A stretch of DNA of 61,893 nucleotides from a bacterium. GTDB lineage: Bacteria > Hinthialibacterota > Hinthialibacteria > Hinthialibacterales > Hinthialibacteraceae. The notes beneath the pieces are model-generated. The model ran no database searches. It saw only the letters and a list, made by a program, of their open reading frames with translations, and was not told the origin of the DNA. The stretch is from NCBI GenBank assembly GCA_041946805.1, contig JBHGBC010000015.1, positions 1 to 61,893 on the forward strand. Direction: 5' to 3'. Both the position numbers and the translations under genes were made by a program. Of the stretch, positions 39,957 through 51,362 are shown one piece after another. Each line of letters begins with the position of its first letter. Position 1 is the first letter of the stretch.

Positions 39957-41381
39957 TCACAACCACGGGGCCTGGCGCAACGCCTCGGTTTTTTTCTCCA
40001 GGTTGAAAATCCGCCGGGCGTTGCCACGCTGGATGGGCTCCACCAGGTCCAGGGCCGCGCCGGTGGAGAGCCAACCCTCTTCCACCAACTGGATCAAGGC
40101 CTGGGCGATGCCCTGGCGGGCGATGGCGGCATGGCCGATCACCGGTTCGACGGGGATGTAGTCGCCGCCGAAGGTCAGCACCTTGTTGGCGGGGGCGGTG
40201 ACCAGGTATTGCTTGAGGAAGTTGACGCCGGCCACGGGGCTGATGATCCAGGCCCAACACATGTCGATGTGCGCGTTGGTGTAGTGCTTGGCCACGGAAA
40301 TCAGCGCTTCGTAATAAGGATAGCCGATGTGCATGAAGACGAACTGGGTTTCGGGCGAAAGCCGGCAGAGCGCGGCGGCCGCGGCGGGATTCTTCTCCAC
40401 GCGGTCGAGGGGCATGCCGTTTTGCCCGGCGTAGTACCCGGTGTGCAATTTGACCGGCAGGTGGTGTTCGGTGGCCTTGCGGGCGCTATACCAGAAGAGG
40501 TGGTCCTCGAGGCGCTTCTTCTCCCCGGGCGAGAGGGGATCGTTGTTGAGGCGTTTCTGGAAGGGGCCCTCGGCCTCTTCGGCGGGTACGTCGTCGAAAT
40601 CGATGTTGCGGCTGTAGGCGGCCTGGGATTTGACGGCCACGGCGTAGGGGCCGTAATGCTCGAACCACCAGTCGATGACGGCGTGCCAATCGGCCAGGCT
40701 CTTGACCGTGATGCCGGCCTTGGAGGCGTAGGCGTCGAGGTTGGGACCCATGTGCATGCCAATGATGCTGATGTCCTGCATGAGCAGCGTGGGCTGGCGC
40801 GATTCACTGAAGGGGGCTTCCAGAAAGTTTACTTGACAGGATTCGATATTGGCGATATGGCCTAACAGGTGCTGGTAAAAGCCGGGCCGGATGGTTTTGA
40901 CGTATTGCTCCTGGATGGTCCGGATGGAATCCCGGGAGAGCCCGTCCACCCCGTAAATGCGGCGCATGGCGATTTCGACGGCTTGGCCGTACCCGGTGTG
41001 GCGGACCGCGGGCCACCAGGGTTCGAGGAGGTCCCATTTTTTCAGGGGATCGGTATCCTTGGCGAAGAAGGCGTCCAGCTGGGCGCGCGGCATGCCCGCC
41101 GTCAGGAGATCGGAATCGAGGTAATGGGAGAACAATAAGGCCCAATCGTTGGAACGGATACGGGAATGGTTGCCTTGCAGCCGGACTTCTTCCTCGATCA
41201 GGTGCTCGTGGGTGTCGACCAGGGGCGTTTCCTCGACCTGCCGGCGGATCGCGGCGCGAAAGTCCGATGCGTCCGCGGCGGCGGGCCGGGCCGTCCAGGA
41301 GCCGAGCGCGGCGGCGGAACCGATCAGGCCCATCTGTTTCATCGTGTCACGGCGGGAGAGTTTCTCGGGGGTGGATTCCAT
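39957..41381 (-). CDS. Tat-exported amidohydrolase (Amidohydro_2 / uronate-isomerase-like)
   Basis: LSRRDTMK twin-Arg with AAA cleavage site; DTHEH, KLHTG, FMHIGYP, FGGD. Confidence 0.85.
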   Translation of the reverse strand: MESTPEKLSRRDTMKQMGLIGSAAALGSWTARPAAADASDFRAAIRRQVEETPLVDTHEHLIEEEVRLQGNHSRIRSNDWALLFSHYLDSDLLTAGMPRAQLDAFFAKDTDPLKKWDLLEPWWPAVRHTGYGQAVEIAMRRIYGVDGLSRDSIRTIQEQYVKTIRPGFYQHLLGHIANIESCQVNFLEAPFSESRQPTLLMQDISIIGMHMGPNLDAYASKAGITVKSLADWHAVIDWWFEHYGPYAVAVKSQAAYSRNIDFDDVPAEEAEGPFQKRLNNDPLSPGEKKRLEDHLFWYSARKATEHHLPVKLHTGYYAGQNGMPLDRVEKNPAAAAALCRLSPETQFVFMHIGYPYYEALISVAKHYTNAHIDMCWAWIISPVAGVNFLKQYLVTAPANKVLTFGGDYIPVEPVIGHAAIARQGIAQALIQLVEEGWLSTGAALDLVEPIQRGNARRIFNLEKKTEALRQAPWL

Positions 41382-41529
41382 GATTTAAACCGTCCTTCCA
41401 TGCAAACCGGATTGGATGACTCTAAAAAATATAATGTGGTAGTGTCAAGTGTGGACGGGATGGTCGGACCAGCCGTTACTCCGCGGGAAACAGGAGGAAA
41501 GCGAATACGGGGACGGCGGGAGACTCCAA

Positions 41530-41662
41530 AGTGGGGCCCGGAGGCGGATTCTGGACCCCGGCCTGGGCGATGGTCCGCTTTCGCCCCATTTTTTGCGCAG
41601 CCCGGCGATCTGCACATCCACTGAATGTTCGGTCACGGGGCAGCCGCCGCCCTGCACGGCGC
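41530..41662 (-). pseudogene. Remnant of an OmpR/PhoB response regulator winged-helix C-terminus
   Basis: Translates AVQGGGCPVTEHSVDVQIAGLRKKWG, matching the R.VDV.I..LRKK recognition helix. No receiver domain or valid start. Confidence 0.6.
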
Positions 41663-41892
41663 CCCGCCGTTTTCCCCCCGGACAAACTCCGGTTCTTCTT
41701 TATGATAACCATTCGGCTCCTTTTTGTAACCACCGGTTCTCTTGGTGGGCTGGGAACGATGGCGGTTCTGAAGCGGCGCCTATCCACCTTGATAAATCGA
41801 GTGGAATCGCCCATAAATGAATCACGGCCAGCCTCCATTGCTATGTAGTCCTCGGAAGTGGCCGCTGGAAACATGGAGATCAGGTGAACGAT

Positions 41893-42603
41893 ATGGATAC
41901 CAAGGAATTGCATAAGAAAATCGCGGTGGTGACAGGCGGCAGCCGGGGGATCGGCTTTCATATCGCCCAGGCGCTGCACGAGGCGGGCGCGGTGGTGGCC
42001 ATCACCGGACGCGATGCCCATACGTTGGGGGAAGCCGCCCAAAAGATCGGCGAGCGCTGCACCCCGTTTGTTTGCGATCAGCGCAAGCCGGCGGACATCA
42101 CCGACATGGCCAAATTCGTCCAGGCCGAACTGGGGGTGCCGGATATCCTGGTGAACAACGCGGGCGTGTTCCGGAGCGCGGAGGCGGTGGACATGCCATT
42201 GGAATTGTGGAACGAGGTGCTCGAGACCAACCTGACCGGCGTCTTCCTCACCACGCAGGCCTTTTTACCGGCGATGATCAAGAAGAACCGGGCGGATATC
42301 TTTATGATCAGCTCGATGAGCGGCAAGAAGGGCGATGCCGGGACCTCGGCGTACAACGCCAGCAAGTTCGGTTTGCAGGGCTTCGCCCAGGCGTTGATGT
42401 ACGAAGTGCGCAAAAACAACATCCGCGTCATGGTGCTCAATCCCAGCAGCGTGGAGACGGGCAAGGACTCCGGGCCGGAATACGGGGCGGGTTTATACTT
42501 GCACGCGGCCGACCTGGCGCGCACCGTCGTGCACCTGGCCACCCTGCCGGGCCGGACGATGATCCGGGAGATGGATATTTACGGAACCAATCCCCCCGCC
42601 TGA
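41893..42603 (+). CDS. Short-chain dehydrogenase/reductase (SDR)
   Basis: TGGSRGIG, LVNNAG, ISSMSG, YNASK. Confidence 0.93.
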   Translation: MDTKELHKKIAVVTGGSRGIGFHIAQALHEAGAVVAITGRDAHTLGEAAQKIGERCTPFVCDQRKPADITDMAKFVQAELGVPDILVNNAGVFRSAEAVDMPLELWNEVLETNLTGVFLTTQAFLPAMIKKNRADIFMISSMSGKKGDAGTSAYNASKFGLQGFAQALMYEVRKNNIRVMVLNPSSVETGKDSGPEYGAGLYLHAADLARTVVHLATLPGRTMIREMDIYGTNPPA

Positions 42604-42622
42604 AACGGGCCATATCCATTTT

Positions 42623-43963
<1,341 letters not shown>

Positions 43964-44179
43964 TCATTCCTGGTTTGAGTCTTTCGCCGGATGGATCAGA
44001 AATCATGGCGCACGACAATGAAAATCCCTCCGGCGTCACCCAAACCTAAACATTCTATCCCGTGCCGGGCTTTTTCACAATGAGCAGGCATGGTGGCGCG
44101 ATGAGGATTTGGGGTAAAGATCCGTACCTGCAGGGTGGATTGAACGAAGCGAAACCCGCCAACGATACCTTTCCCCCAC

Positions 44180-46618
44180 TCAGGCGAACAGGTTGCCGCC
44201 CTCCACCTCGGGAGGGACCGGAAGGCCGAAATACTCCAGAATGGTGGGCGCGAAGTCGTAGATGGAAGGATCGGGCTTGGCGATCGGGCGGTTGCAGAAC
44301 AACATGCCGGGGACGTGCTCGGGGGCGAAACTGCAATGGTCGCCGCTCCAGGTTTCCAGGTTGTCCTCGATCACGCCGCCGCTGGAGATGCCCCCCAGGC
44401 AGGTCTGCCAGGAGACGCGGTAATAAGGATTGAAGCCGACCTGCAAGTCGGGGCAATCGTGGGCGTCGTCGGCGAAGGCGCCGGTCCAGATTGCGGAGCG
44501 TTTCTTGACATGCGCCACCACGGACCGGTTGTCCTGGCCTTCCCGTTCGTCCCGCAATGCTTCGAGTTTCAGGGCGATTTCATCACAGAGCGCGTCGTAC
44601 TCGCCTTTTTCCACGATGCCGAGCGGTTCACGGCCCCTGAGGTTGATGAAGATCTGCCCCAGGCCCAGCGCGTAGGCCTTCGTGCCTTTCCAATCCACGT
44701 ACGAGAAATATTCGGGGCTGTGCGACTTGAGCAGGTCTTCCAGCTTCATGTGGCTGTTGGCGACGCTGCTGCCCTTGATCTTCAGGTATCCGTTCTGGAA
44801 CAGCCAGGTGTTGAGGTGGACCTGGTAGCGGAAGGATTGAAATCCATGATCGGACATGACGATCAGCAGGGTGCCGGGATCGTTTTCGATCCGGTTCATC
44901 ACCTTGCCCACGATCGTGTCCATGCGCTTGTAGATGTTCTTCAGCGCGCCGCCGTATTTCGCGGCTTGTCCGGCGTCATAAAGCGGGTGGCCTTCGTCGA
45001 TGAGCCGCATGTACATGTGCGCGGCGCGGTCGGTCTCCGAAAAGACGGAGATCATCACGTTGTTGAACGTGCGGTCCAGGGTTTGGAAGAGCTTCTGTTC
45101 CCGCTGGTCCATGATGAAGTTCAGGTCCTCGAGGAATCCGTCGTCGCCGAGGCAGCCGTCCTTGAGGCCGTGGGTTTCTTCCGGCCATCCCCGGGTTTTA
45201 TAGGGCTGTCCGAGCCATTCCACCAGATCCTTGGCGTAGCTTTTGGGATGCGTGATGGGAATGGCGGGGCTGCGGGGATCGATATCCGGCGAGGTCATGA
45301 AAATCTTGAGGCCCTCCCCGGAAATTTCCTGCGGGTAAAAGCGGCAGATGGCGCGGACGGTGATCAGGGCGGTCACCGGAAAGGGGATCGTGAACCAACC
45401 GCTCCAGGTCAGCAGTTGGACGCGCTCCGTCCGGCCGCCGGCCTGGATGTCGAAGGCCGTGCCGCCCACGGGGCGGAAAGATACGGGGGCGGTGATTTCG
45501 CGGGTCAGGCCGGCGATGGTTTCGTCCAGACGCTGGCATTCGATGGAGGCTTTCTGCATCCGTTCGCGCGCGGTGGAGGGATTGGTCACGCCGCTCTCTT
45601 TGGCGTAGGGCTTGCCGCCGATGAGGTAATCCTTGATCCGCTGGATCCGCTCCTCGAAATCGTCGGAATGCAAGAACGATTGGTACGCCATGCTGGCATG
45701 AATGTTGATGTTGATCAGGTCCGCCAGCTGGGTTTTTTGTTCCGGCTTGACGTACTGGCCGCCGCGCAGGCTGAACAGGTGGGCCTGCCACTCGTATTGC
45801 TCGAGCAGCAGGTCCAGGCGCTGTTTCTCCAAGTCCCGCCGTTCCTGTTCGAGCACCGGATCGTTGGGGCCGGCGATGTGGCCGTGATACCATTCGCCTT
45901 CCGGACGGAGAGGAATGATCTTGCCCCCGAAGGTCGATTCCTTCACCGTGTTCGCGCCGGCGCCGATCTGGTAAACGAAGTGATGAAACGTGGCCTGGAT
46001 GCCGCGGATGTCGGGCACCCCCAGGCCCGCCAGCGACCGTCCGTGGGTCAACTGGGGCGGGGGAAAGGTCACTGGGACCTCGATCAGCGAAGTCGGCACG
46101 CCGGCCCGGCTGAGCACGTCCCAAAAGGCGGTCCCGCCCCGGCGCAAGATGGCCTTGGGCATCTTGACGGGAATCTGCCGGAACACGAACCGGGGATACC
46201 CCTTTTCCACGAAGGCCTCGATGCTGGGGAAATACGAGCCGGCGGGCCGCCGCAGAAAATCGAACACGCCGTGCCGTCCCGGGTTCCCGCCGACCGCGAA
46301 ACACGACCAGGCCACGGGCGACTCGGGCGGGAAGGAAGACTGCAGGGTCGTTTTGGCCCCCTGCCGGGCCAGTTTTTGCAGATTGGGCAACTCGTCCCAC
46401 CACCGGTCCACCAGGCGCGGATCGGCGCCGTCGAAGCCCAGCAGGATGATCTTTTTCTTGGTCCGGAAGAGTTTGGGCTTGAAGGGATTGAAGAAATAGA
46501 CGCAGAAGGCGAGAACCAGGAAGGAAACCAGAAACTTCCGGCGGTGCAGAGATATCCCCGCCGGCTTCGCGGGAGCGCTGGAGGACGCGGCCGTTCCGTT
46601 AGGCTGTTCCGAATTCAT
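44180..46618 (-). CDS. Membrane-anchored alkaline phosphatase superfamily protein (type I phosphodiesterase/nucleotide pyrophosphatase)
   Basis: GAGG RBS before ATG 46618; N-terminal TM; LGFDGAD, PPESPVAWS, NPGRHGVFDF, TDRAAH, MSDHGF, WSGDH, DFAPTIL. Confidence 0.88.
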   Translation of the reverse strand: MNSEQPNGTAASSSAPAKPAGISLHRRKFLVSFLVLAFCVYFFNPFKPKLFRTKKKIILLGFDGADPRLVDRWWDELPNLQKLARQGAKTTLQSSFPPESPVAWSCFAVGGNPGRHGVFDFLRRPAGSYFPSIEAFVEKGYPRFVFRQIPVKMPKAILRRGGTAFWDVLSRAGVPTSLIEVPVTFPPPQLTHGRSLAGLGVPDIRGIQATFHHFVYQIGAGANTVKESTFGGKIIPLRPEGEWYHGHIAGPNDPVLEQERRDLEKQRLDLLLEQYEWQAHLFSLRGGQYVKPEQKTQLADLININIHASMAYQSFLHSDDFEERIQRIKDYLIGGKPYAKESGVTNPSTARERMQKASIECQRLDETIAGLTREITAPVSFRPVGGTAFDIQAGGRTERVQLLTWSGWFTIPFPVTALITVRAICRFYPQEISGEGLKIFMTSPDIDPRSPAIPITHPKSYAKDLVEWLGQPYKTRGWPEETHGLKDGCLGDDGFLEDLNFIMDQREQKLFQTLDRTFNNVMISVFSETDRAAHMYMRLIDEGHPLYDAGQAAKYGGALKNIYKRMDTIVGKVMNRIENDPGTLLIVMSDHGFQSFRYQVHLNTWLFQNGYLKIKGSSVANSHMKLEDLLKSHSPEYFSYVDWKGTKAYALGLGQIFINLRGREPLGIVEKGEYDALCDEIALKLEALRDEREGQDNRSVVAHVKKRSAIWTGAFADDAHDCPDLQVGFNPYYRVSWQTCLGGISSGGVIEDNLETWSGDHCSFAPEHVPGMLFCNRPIAKPDPSIYDFAPTILEYFGLPVPPEVEGGNLFA

Positions 46619-46644
46619 GTAAACCTCGTTCGAACCATTCGGGA

Positions 46645-47436
46645 TTACAAATCCGCGACGATGCGCGGCAGGAGTTCCCCCGCTTTCCCTTTCAGGCGCA
46701 AATCGGCATAGGGAGACAAGGCCGTGTCGCCGGGATTGATTTCGATCAGGGAACCCGGGCCGCCGCGCGTCCGCAGGGCCCAATCCAGGATATAACCGAA
46801 GCTGGATTCGGTCCCGATGACCAGGATTAAGTCTATCTCCCGGCGGGAAAGAAACAACTCGGCGGCCGCGGCCGCATCCCGGTCGATCATTTCCCCGAAC
46901 CAGACCACGTTGGGGCGTTCGAGCGCGCCGCAGCGGGCGCAGCGGGGCGGAATTTCGGGCAGGGGGGCGCGAGTGTCCTCGCGGACGGTCTGCTCCCGCG
47001 TGCACCGCACTTCCCAGATCTTGCCGTGAATATGCGCCGGCCGCCGCGATCCCGCCCGCTCGTGCAGATCGTCGACATTCTGGGTGAGCAGGAAAAAGCC
47101 GTCACCCTTGGCGGCTTCCAGGCGGGCCAGTGCGTGATGCGCGGGATTGGGCTGCACGTTCTTGATCTGGACGCGCCGCTCGTCGTACCAGCGCCAGACG
47201 TACGCGGGATCGGCCGCGAAGGCCTCGGGCGTGGCCACCTTGGCCGGATCGATGTTGTTCCACAGGCCTCCCGCGGTGCGGAAGGTGGGAACGCCGCTCT
47301 CGGCCGAGACGCCCGCTCCGGTGATAACCAGGACGCGCCGCGCTCCTTCGGCCAGCTCCCGCGCCCGCTGGATTTCAGGTTCCAAGGGAAGTCCCGTTGG
47401 ACCGTTCTGCGTATGAGGATTCCTGCCGTGCTCCAT
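46645..47436 (-). CDS. cobB: NAD-dependent protein deacylase (sirtuin)
   Basis: TGAGVSAESGVPTFR, TQNVDDLHERAG, HG, RPNVVWFGE, IGT, EINP. Confidence 0.93.
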   Translation of the reverse strand: MEHGRNPHTQNGPTGLPLEPEIQRARELAEGARRVLVITGAGVSAESGVPTFRTAGGLWNNIDPAKVATPEAFAADPAYVWRWYDERRVQIKNVQPNPAHHALARLEAAKGDGFFLLTQNVDDLHERAGSRRPAHIHGKIWEVRCTREQTVREDTRAPLPEIPPRCARCGALERPNVVWFGEMIDRDAAAAAELFLSRREIDLILVIGTESSFGYILDWALRTRGGPGSLIEINPGDTALSPYADLRLKGKAGELLPRIVADL

Positions 47437-47558
47437 TTTTTCAAAATAACCGCCCGGCCCGAATTAGTCCAGACGAACGGGAGATGGGAAGCCGGACCGG
47501 CGGGTGTTTCGCCGCGCGGGCAGGGAAGGATTGGGATCCCGCAGGGTTGGCAATGGAC

Positions 47559-47592
47559 AAAAAACGGGACAGGGTAAATTCTCCCTGTCCCG
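47559..47592 (-). terminator. Intrinsic terminator
   Basis: CGGGACAGGG/CCCTGTCCCG 10-bp stem with an A6 tract on the left. Confidence 0.75.
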
Positions 47593-47636
47593 CGTTCCTC
47601 CGCGCTGGATCAACGAAATCTACCGCCGGTTGCGTA

Positions 47637-49331
47637 TCAATACAGCGTCCATTCCGCTACCGGCACGGGCGGAGCATCCACCAAATTCACGGGGAAAGTG
47701 AAGGTCCGCGCACCGCTGCCGGTGTATTCCGTGGGATTGGTGCCGCCTTCCAGGCCGCCCGAGCCGCCGCTGATGGTGGTGTCGAAGACATAATCGGGAG
47801 CCAATTCGCCCCGGTTGCTGGTTCCCGACGCCGTCCAGCCGATCAGCACGCCGTTGAGCCAACCCACGGCTTCGTCATCCCCGGCCAGCTTCAACGTCAA
47901 TTGGGTGATCGTTTCATAATTCTTGGCGTCGAAGATGGACCGGGTATATACGCTTTCGTTCGTTGATTCGAGGAGAGTCTCCCCATTTTCGCCATCGTTG
48001 CCGCCATGCCCCACGGTGAAACCGAGGTCGGTTTGTTGGATCCACCCGTTGGCTTCCGTATCGTTGGTGAAATCCCGGCCCCGCCAGCCCGGTTCCTCCG
48101 CGCCGGTTCCATCGTCAAAGAAGACGACTTTCCAGCGGAAGATGGTTCCCGCCGGCCAGCCTCCCTCCGCGCTGGAGTCCTGGACGTAGATCACGCCGTT
48201 GTTGTCGGAGAGATCCGCCGAGACCGCCAGGTCGCTGCTGCCATTGTCGCTGTTCCACACCCCCACGGCCAGCACGTTGCCGGTTTTATACAAGGGGGGG
48301 ATCACCACTAGGGAATTGCTACCCTCGATCGGGATGATGTGACCCGCGGTGTCGTTGACCACGCCGCTGAAGTTGGCGGCCTGCTTGGGAGCGGCGGGGG
48401 CCTTCGCGGTGTAGGTCAAGGTTTTCGATCCGGTGAAACCCGCCAGGGTCCAGGTGATCTTGCCGCTCGCCAGCGCGCCGCCGTCGCTGATGTTTTCAGC
48501 GGACCAATCAGCGGGCAGGGTTTCCACCACGGTGATATCCATGCTGCCCTGGCTGAGATTCACCTGAATGGAAACCGTAATGGCGTCATTGGCGAGGAAG
48601 CCCGCCTTGCTGAACGCGCGCGAAGCGGTGGGGGCCACGCCCTCGATCGTGACGGTCAGTTTCGGGCGGTTGGCCGCGGCCGCCTCGCTGGAGGCGATGT
48701 TCACGCCGTCGCTGCCGCCGGGGATGACAATGAGACCATAATTCTGCCCGCCGGACTGCACTTTTTGGATGTACGCCGTGATATCCAATTCGAGAATGTC
48801 ACCCGAGGTGGGTCCGGGAATCTCCGCGATCGGATCGGCCACGTAATCCTTGTCCACCAACGGCTCCGCTCCGCTGCCATCGCCGAAGGCGTAGAAATCC
48901 TGCGTGTCGTCAAAAGGAACCAGCAGTTCGTGCAGGGTGGCGATTTGATCGGCGGAACCGCTGCCGGTAACGACCAGGGTCAACACCGCCTTGATGATCT
49001 TTGCGTTGCTGGGAACCTGTCCGGTGTTGGATCCGAAGATGTCATCGAACCGGATGCAGCCGAAATTTATACCACCTGCGTCCGACGCGTCCCATTCCCA
49101 CGCGGTATCCGCGCCATTCATCGCGGCGGGATCTCCCGTCTGGAAAAAGGTGTCGTGCGTGCCCGCGTAACCGCCCAGGCCTTGTTGGAACGTGATGGGC
49201 ACCTGGGCGTGCGCGGCGAATCCCAAAAACAGGACGACAACCGGGACCATCCGGAAAATGGATTTCCGCGAAAGCATCGGAACCCGGCGGATGATTACAC
49301 TCACAATCAGGAACTCATTCATTGATTTCAT
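47637..49331 (-). CDS. Secreted protein: DNRLRE/CBM96-like domain, Ig-like domain, permuted galactose-binding-like domain; C-terminal W motif
   Basis: FQQG..GYAGT.DT...RFDDIFG...QVP..A.I..A.L.L...SSE....RPKL. Ends PVPVAEWTLY. Start 49331 fits the GGAGG RBS; 49277 gives a better signal peptide. Confidence 0.75.
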   Translation of the reverse strand: MKSMNEFLIVSVIIRRVPMLSRKSIFRMVPVVVLFLGFAAHAQVPITFQQGLGGYAGTHDTFFQTGDPAAMNGADTAWEWDASDAGGINFGCIRFDDIFGSNTGQVPSNAKIIKAVLTLVVTGSGSADQIATLHELLVPFDDTQDFYAFGDGSGAEPLVDKDYVADPIAEIPGPTSGDILELDITAYIQKVQSGGQNYGLIVIPGGSDGVNIASSEAAAANRPKLTVTIEGVAPTASRAFSKAGFLANDAITVSIQVNLSQGSMDITVVETLPADWSAENISDGGALASGKITWTLAGFTGSKTLTYTAKAPAAPKQAANFSGVVNDTAGHIIPIEGSNSLVVIPPLYKTGNVLAVGVWNSDNGSSDLAVSADLSDNNGVIYVQDSSAEGGWPAGTIFRWKVVFFDDGTGAEEPGWRGRDFTNDTEANGWIQQTDLGFTVGHGGNDGENGETLLESTNESVYTRSIFDAKNYETITQLTLKLAGDDEAVGWLNGVLIGWTASGTSNRGELAPDYVFDTTISGGSGGLEGGTNPTEYTGSGARTFTFPVNLVDAPPVPVAEWTLY

Positions 49332-49450
49332 TTTCACTCCTCCCACTATCAATGTAACTGTCTCTCCTGATTCATTTGATCGGGATACCCTCGTTCAGGA
49401 TCAAATAACCTCACCTCCTTCCTCTCCGGCCGGTGTCTGGATTCCATAAT

Positions 49451-49491
49451 AAAAAGCGGGACTAGGAAAGGAACTCTTCCCGGTCCCGCTT
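49451..49491 (-). terminator. Intrinsic terminator between the two paralogous secreted genes
   Basis: AAGCGGGAC...GTCCCGCTT stem with an A-tract on the left. Confidence 0.65.
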
Positions 49492-49500
49492 ATTTACCAA

Positions 49501-51222
49501 TCAATACACCGGCCAATCGCTAACCGGTACGACCGGCGCCTCCACCTTGTTCACGAAGAGGGTTAAGGTTTTCCGTCCACTGCCGTCAGAATAGCCGGAC
49601 GGATTGGACCCGTCCTCCAGGCCGTCATAGTACGTGTTGATCGTGGTATCGAACACGTAGTTTTCCGCGGTTTCTCCCCGGTCGCTCAGGCCATTCGCCG
49701 AAAAGCCGAGGAAGGTGCCGTTCAACCAGGCCACGGCTTCATCGTCGCCCGCCAGTTTCAAGGTGAGCTGCGTGATGGTCTCGTAATTCTGGGCGTCGAA
49801 GATCGACCGCGTATAAACGGTTTCGTTCGTGGAATCGAGGAGGGTTTCCCCGTTTTCGGCATCATTGCCGCCGTGCCCGATGGTGAAGCCGGCGTCCTTC
49901 TGTTCGATCCAGCCGTTGGCCTCGGTGTCGTTTTTGAAGTCCCGGCCTTGCCAGCCCGGCTCTTCTTCCCCGGTCCCGTCATCGTACAGGACGACTTTCC
50001 AGCGGAAAATCGTGCCGGCCGGCCAGCCGCCCGCGGCGCTGGAATCCTGGACGTAGATGACGCCGTTATTGTCCGACAACTCCGCGGTCACCGCCAGGTC
50101 GCTGCTGCCGGTACCGTCGTTCCACACCCCGACGGCCAGCACGTTGCCCTGCTTGTAAAACGGGGGCATGGGATACAAGGTATCCGGCCCGTCGATGGCA
50201 ACCTTATAGGTTCCATCCGTGCTGGTGGCGCTCCATGCTCCTTTAATCGCGTCCGCGGGGGGCGTCACGGCGTAGGTCAACGTGGAACCGCCGGTGTTGG
50301 TGAGTTTCCAGACAATGTTGCCGCCTTCCATGGTGGCGGTTCCCGCGCTGGGAACCGTATTGGATACGGTCCAGCCGGCTGGCGGCGTTTCGGTCACGGT
50401 GATGGTGCGGTTGGAGCCCTCGGGATTATTAACCGTCAGTTTGATTCCCGTGACCGTCTGGCCGGCGATAAAGCCGTTGGTCGGGATATCCCGCGCCACG
50501 GTGTAGGGTTTGTCTTTAATCTTGATCGTATAGATTCGGGCTCCCGATCCGGTATAGGTGGATGGATTGATGCCGTTTTCCAGACCGCCTTCGCCGTTGG
50601 TGGCAAGGGTATCGAAGACATAGTTCTCGGCGGTTTCACCCCGGTCGGTGGTGCCGTCCGCCGACGGGCCGATGAACACACCGTTCAACCAGGCCACCGC
50701 CTCCTCGTCGGCCACCAGCTTCAAGGTCAATTCGTAAATGGTGTCGATATTCTGGACATCGAAGATCGAGCGCGTGTACACCGTCATGACCGATGAGTCA
50801 ATCGGGGTCTCCCCGTTCTCGGCGTCGTTGCCGCCGTAGCCGAGGGTGAAGCCGGCATCGGTCTGTTCGACCCACCCCTTCGCCGCGCTGTCATCGAATC
50901 CGCGCTGTTGCCAGCCCGGTTCTTCTTCTCCAAAACCATCCTTGTAATAGACCTCCTTGTACCGGAAAATCGTCCCCGCGGGCCATCCTCCGGCCGCGCT
51001 GGTGTCTTGCACGTAAATCACGCCGTTGTTGTCGGCAAGTTCCGCCGTGACCGCCAGGTCGCTACTGCCGGTGTCTCCATTCCAAACGCCGACCGCCAGC
51101 ACGTTGCCTGTCGCATAGAGGGGCACGGTCTCCTGGGCCGTCACCGCGCCGGCGAAGGCCGCCAGCAGGCCGAGGACCGCGGCGATGCTCATCATTCCCT
51201 TGAGATGTACGAATCGATTCAT
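49501..51222 (-). CDS. Secreted protein with two copies of a ~205-aa domain flanking an Ig-like domain; C-terminal W motif
   Basis: Signal peptide ending VTA|QE; two GNVLAVGVWN..GSSDLAV...AGGWPAGTIFR...DDEAVAWLNG repeats; ends PVVPVSDWPVY. Confidence 0.8.
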   Translation of the reverse strand: MNRFVHLKGMMSIAAVLGLLAAFAGAVTAQETVPLYATGNVLAVGVWNGDTGSSDLAVTAELADNNGVIYVQDTSAAGGWPAGTIFRYKEVYYKDGFGEEEPGWQQRGFDDSAAKGWVEQTDAGFTLGYGGNDAENGETPIDSSVMTVYTRSIFDVQNIDTIYELTLKLVADEEAVAWLNGVFIGPSADGTTDRGETAENYVFDTLATNGEGGLENGINPSTYTGSGARIYTIKIKDKPYTVARDIPTNGFIAGQTVTGIKLTVNNPEGSNRTITVTETPPAGWTVSNTVPSAGTATMEGGNIVWKLTNTGGSTLTYAVTPPADAIKGAWSATSTDGTYKVAIDGPDTLYPMPPFYKQGNVLAVGVWNDGTGSSDLAVTAELSDNNGVIYVQDSSAAGGWPAGTIFRWKVVLYDDGTGEEEPGWQGRDFKNDTEANGWIEQKDAGFTIGHGGNDAENGETLLDSTNETVYTRSIFDAQNYETITQLTLKLAGDDEAVAWLNGTFLGFSANGLSDRGETAENYVFDTTINTYYDGLEDGSNPSGYSDGSGRKTLTLFVNKVEAPVVPVSDWPVY

Positions 51223-51362
51223 TTGGAGTACCTCATGTTTCTAGCATGTCGTTGGATGAGCCCATGGTTGCCTGTCGAGTGATCTGCCGGAACGCGTCAT
51301 CACCTCCTTTCGGACAAACGGGTGAACCACCCACTCCAGCGGACGGAGGCCGCCTTGGGATT

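Noticed and set aside
47680..51125. DNA-level repeats as a diversity-generating retroelement TR/VR pair
   Set aside because: Differences appear mostly synonymous and not adenine-specific, all copies are in-frame domains, and no reverse transcriptase is present.
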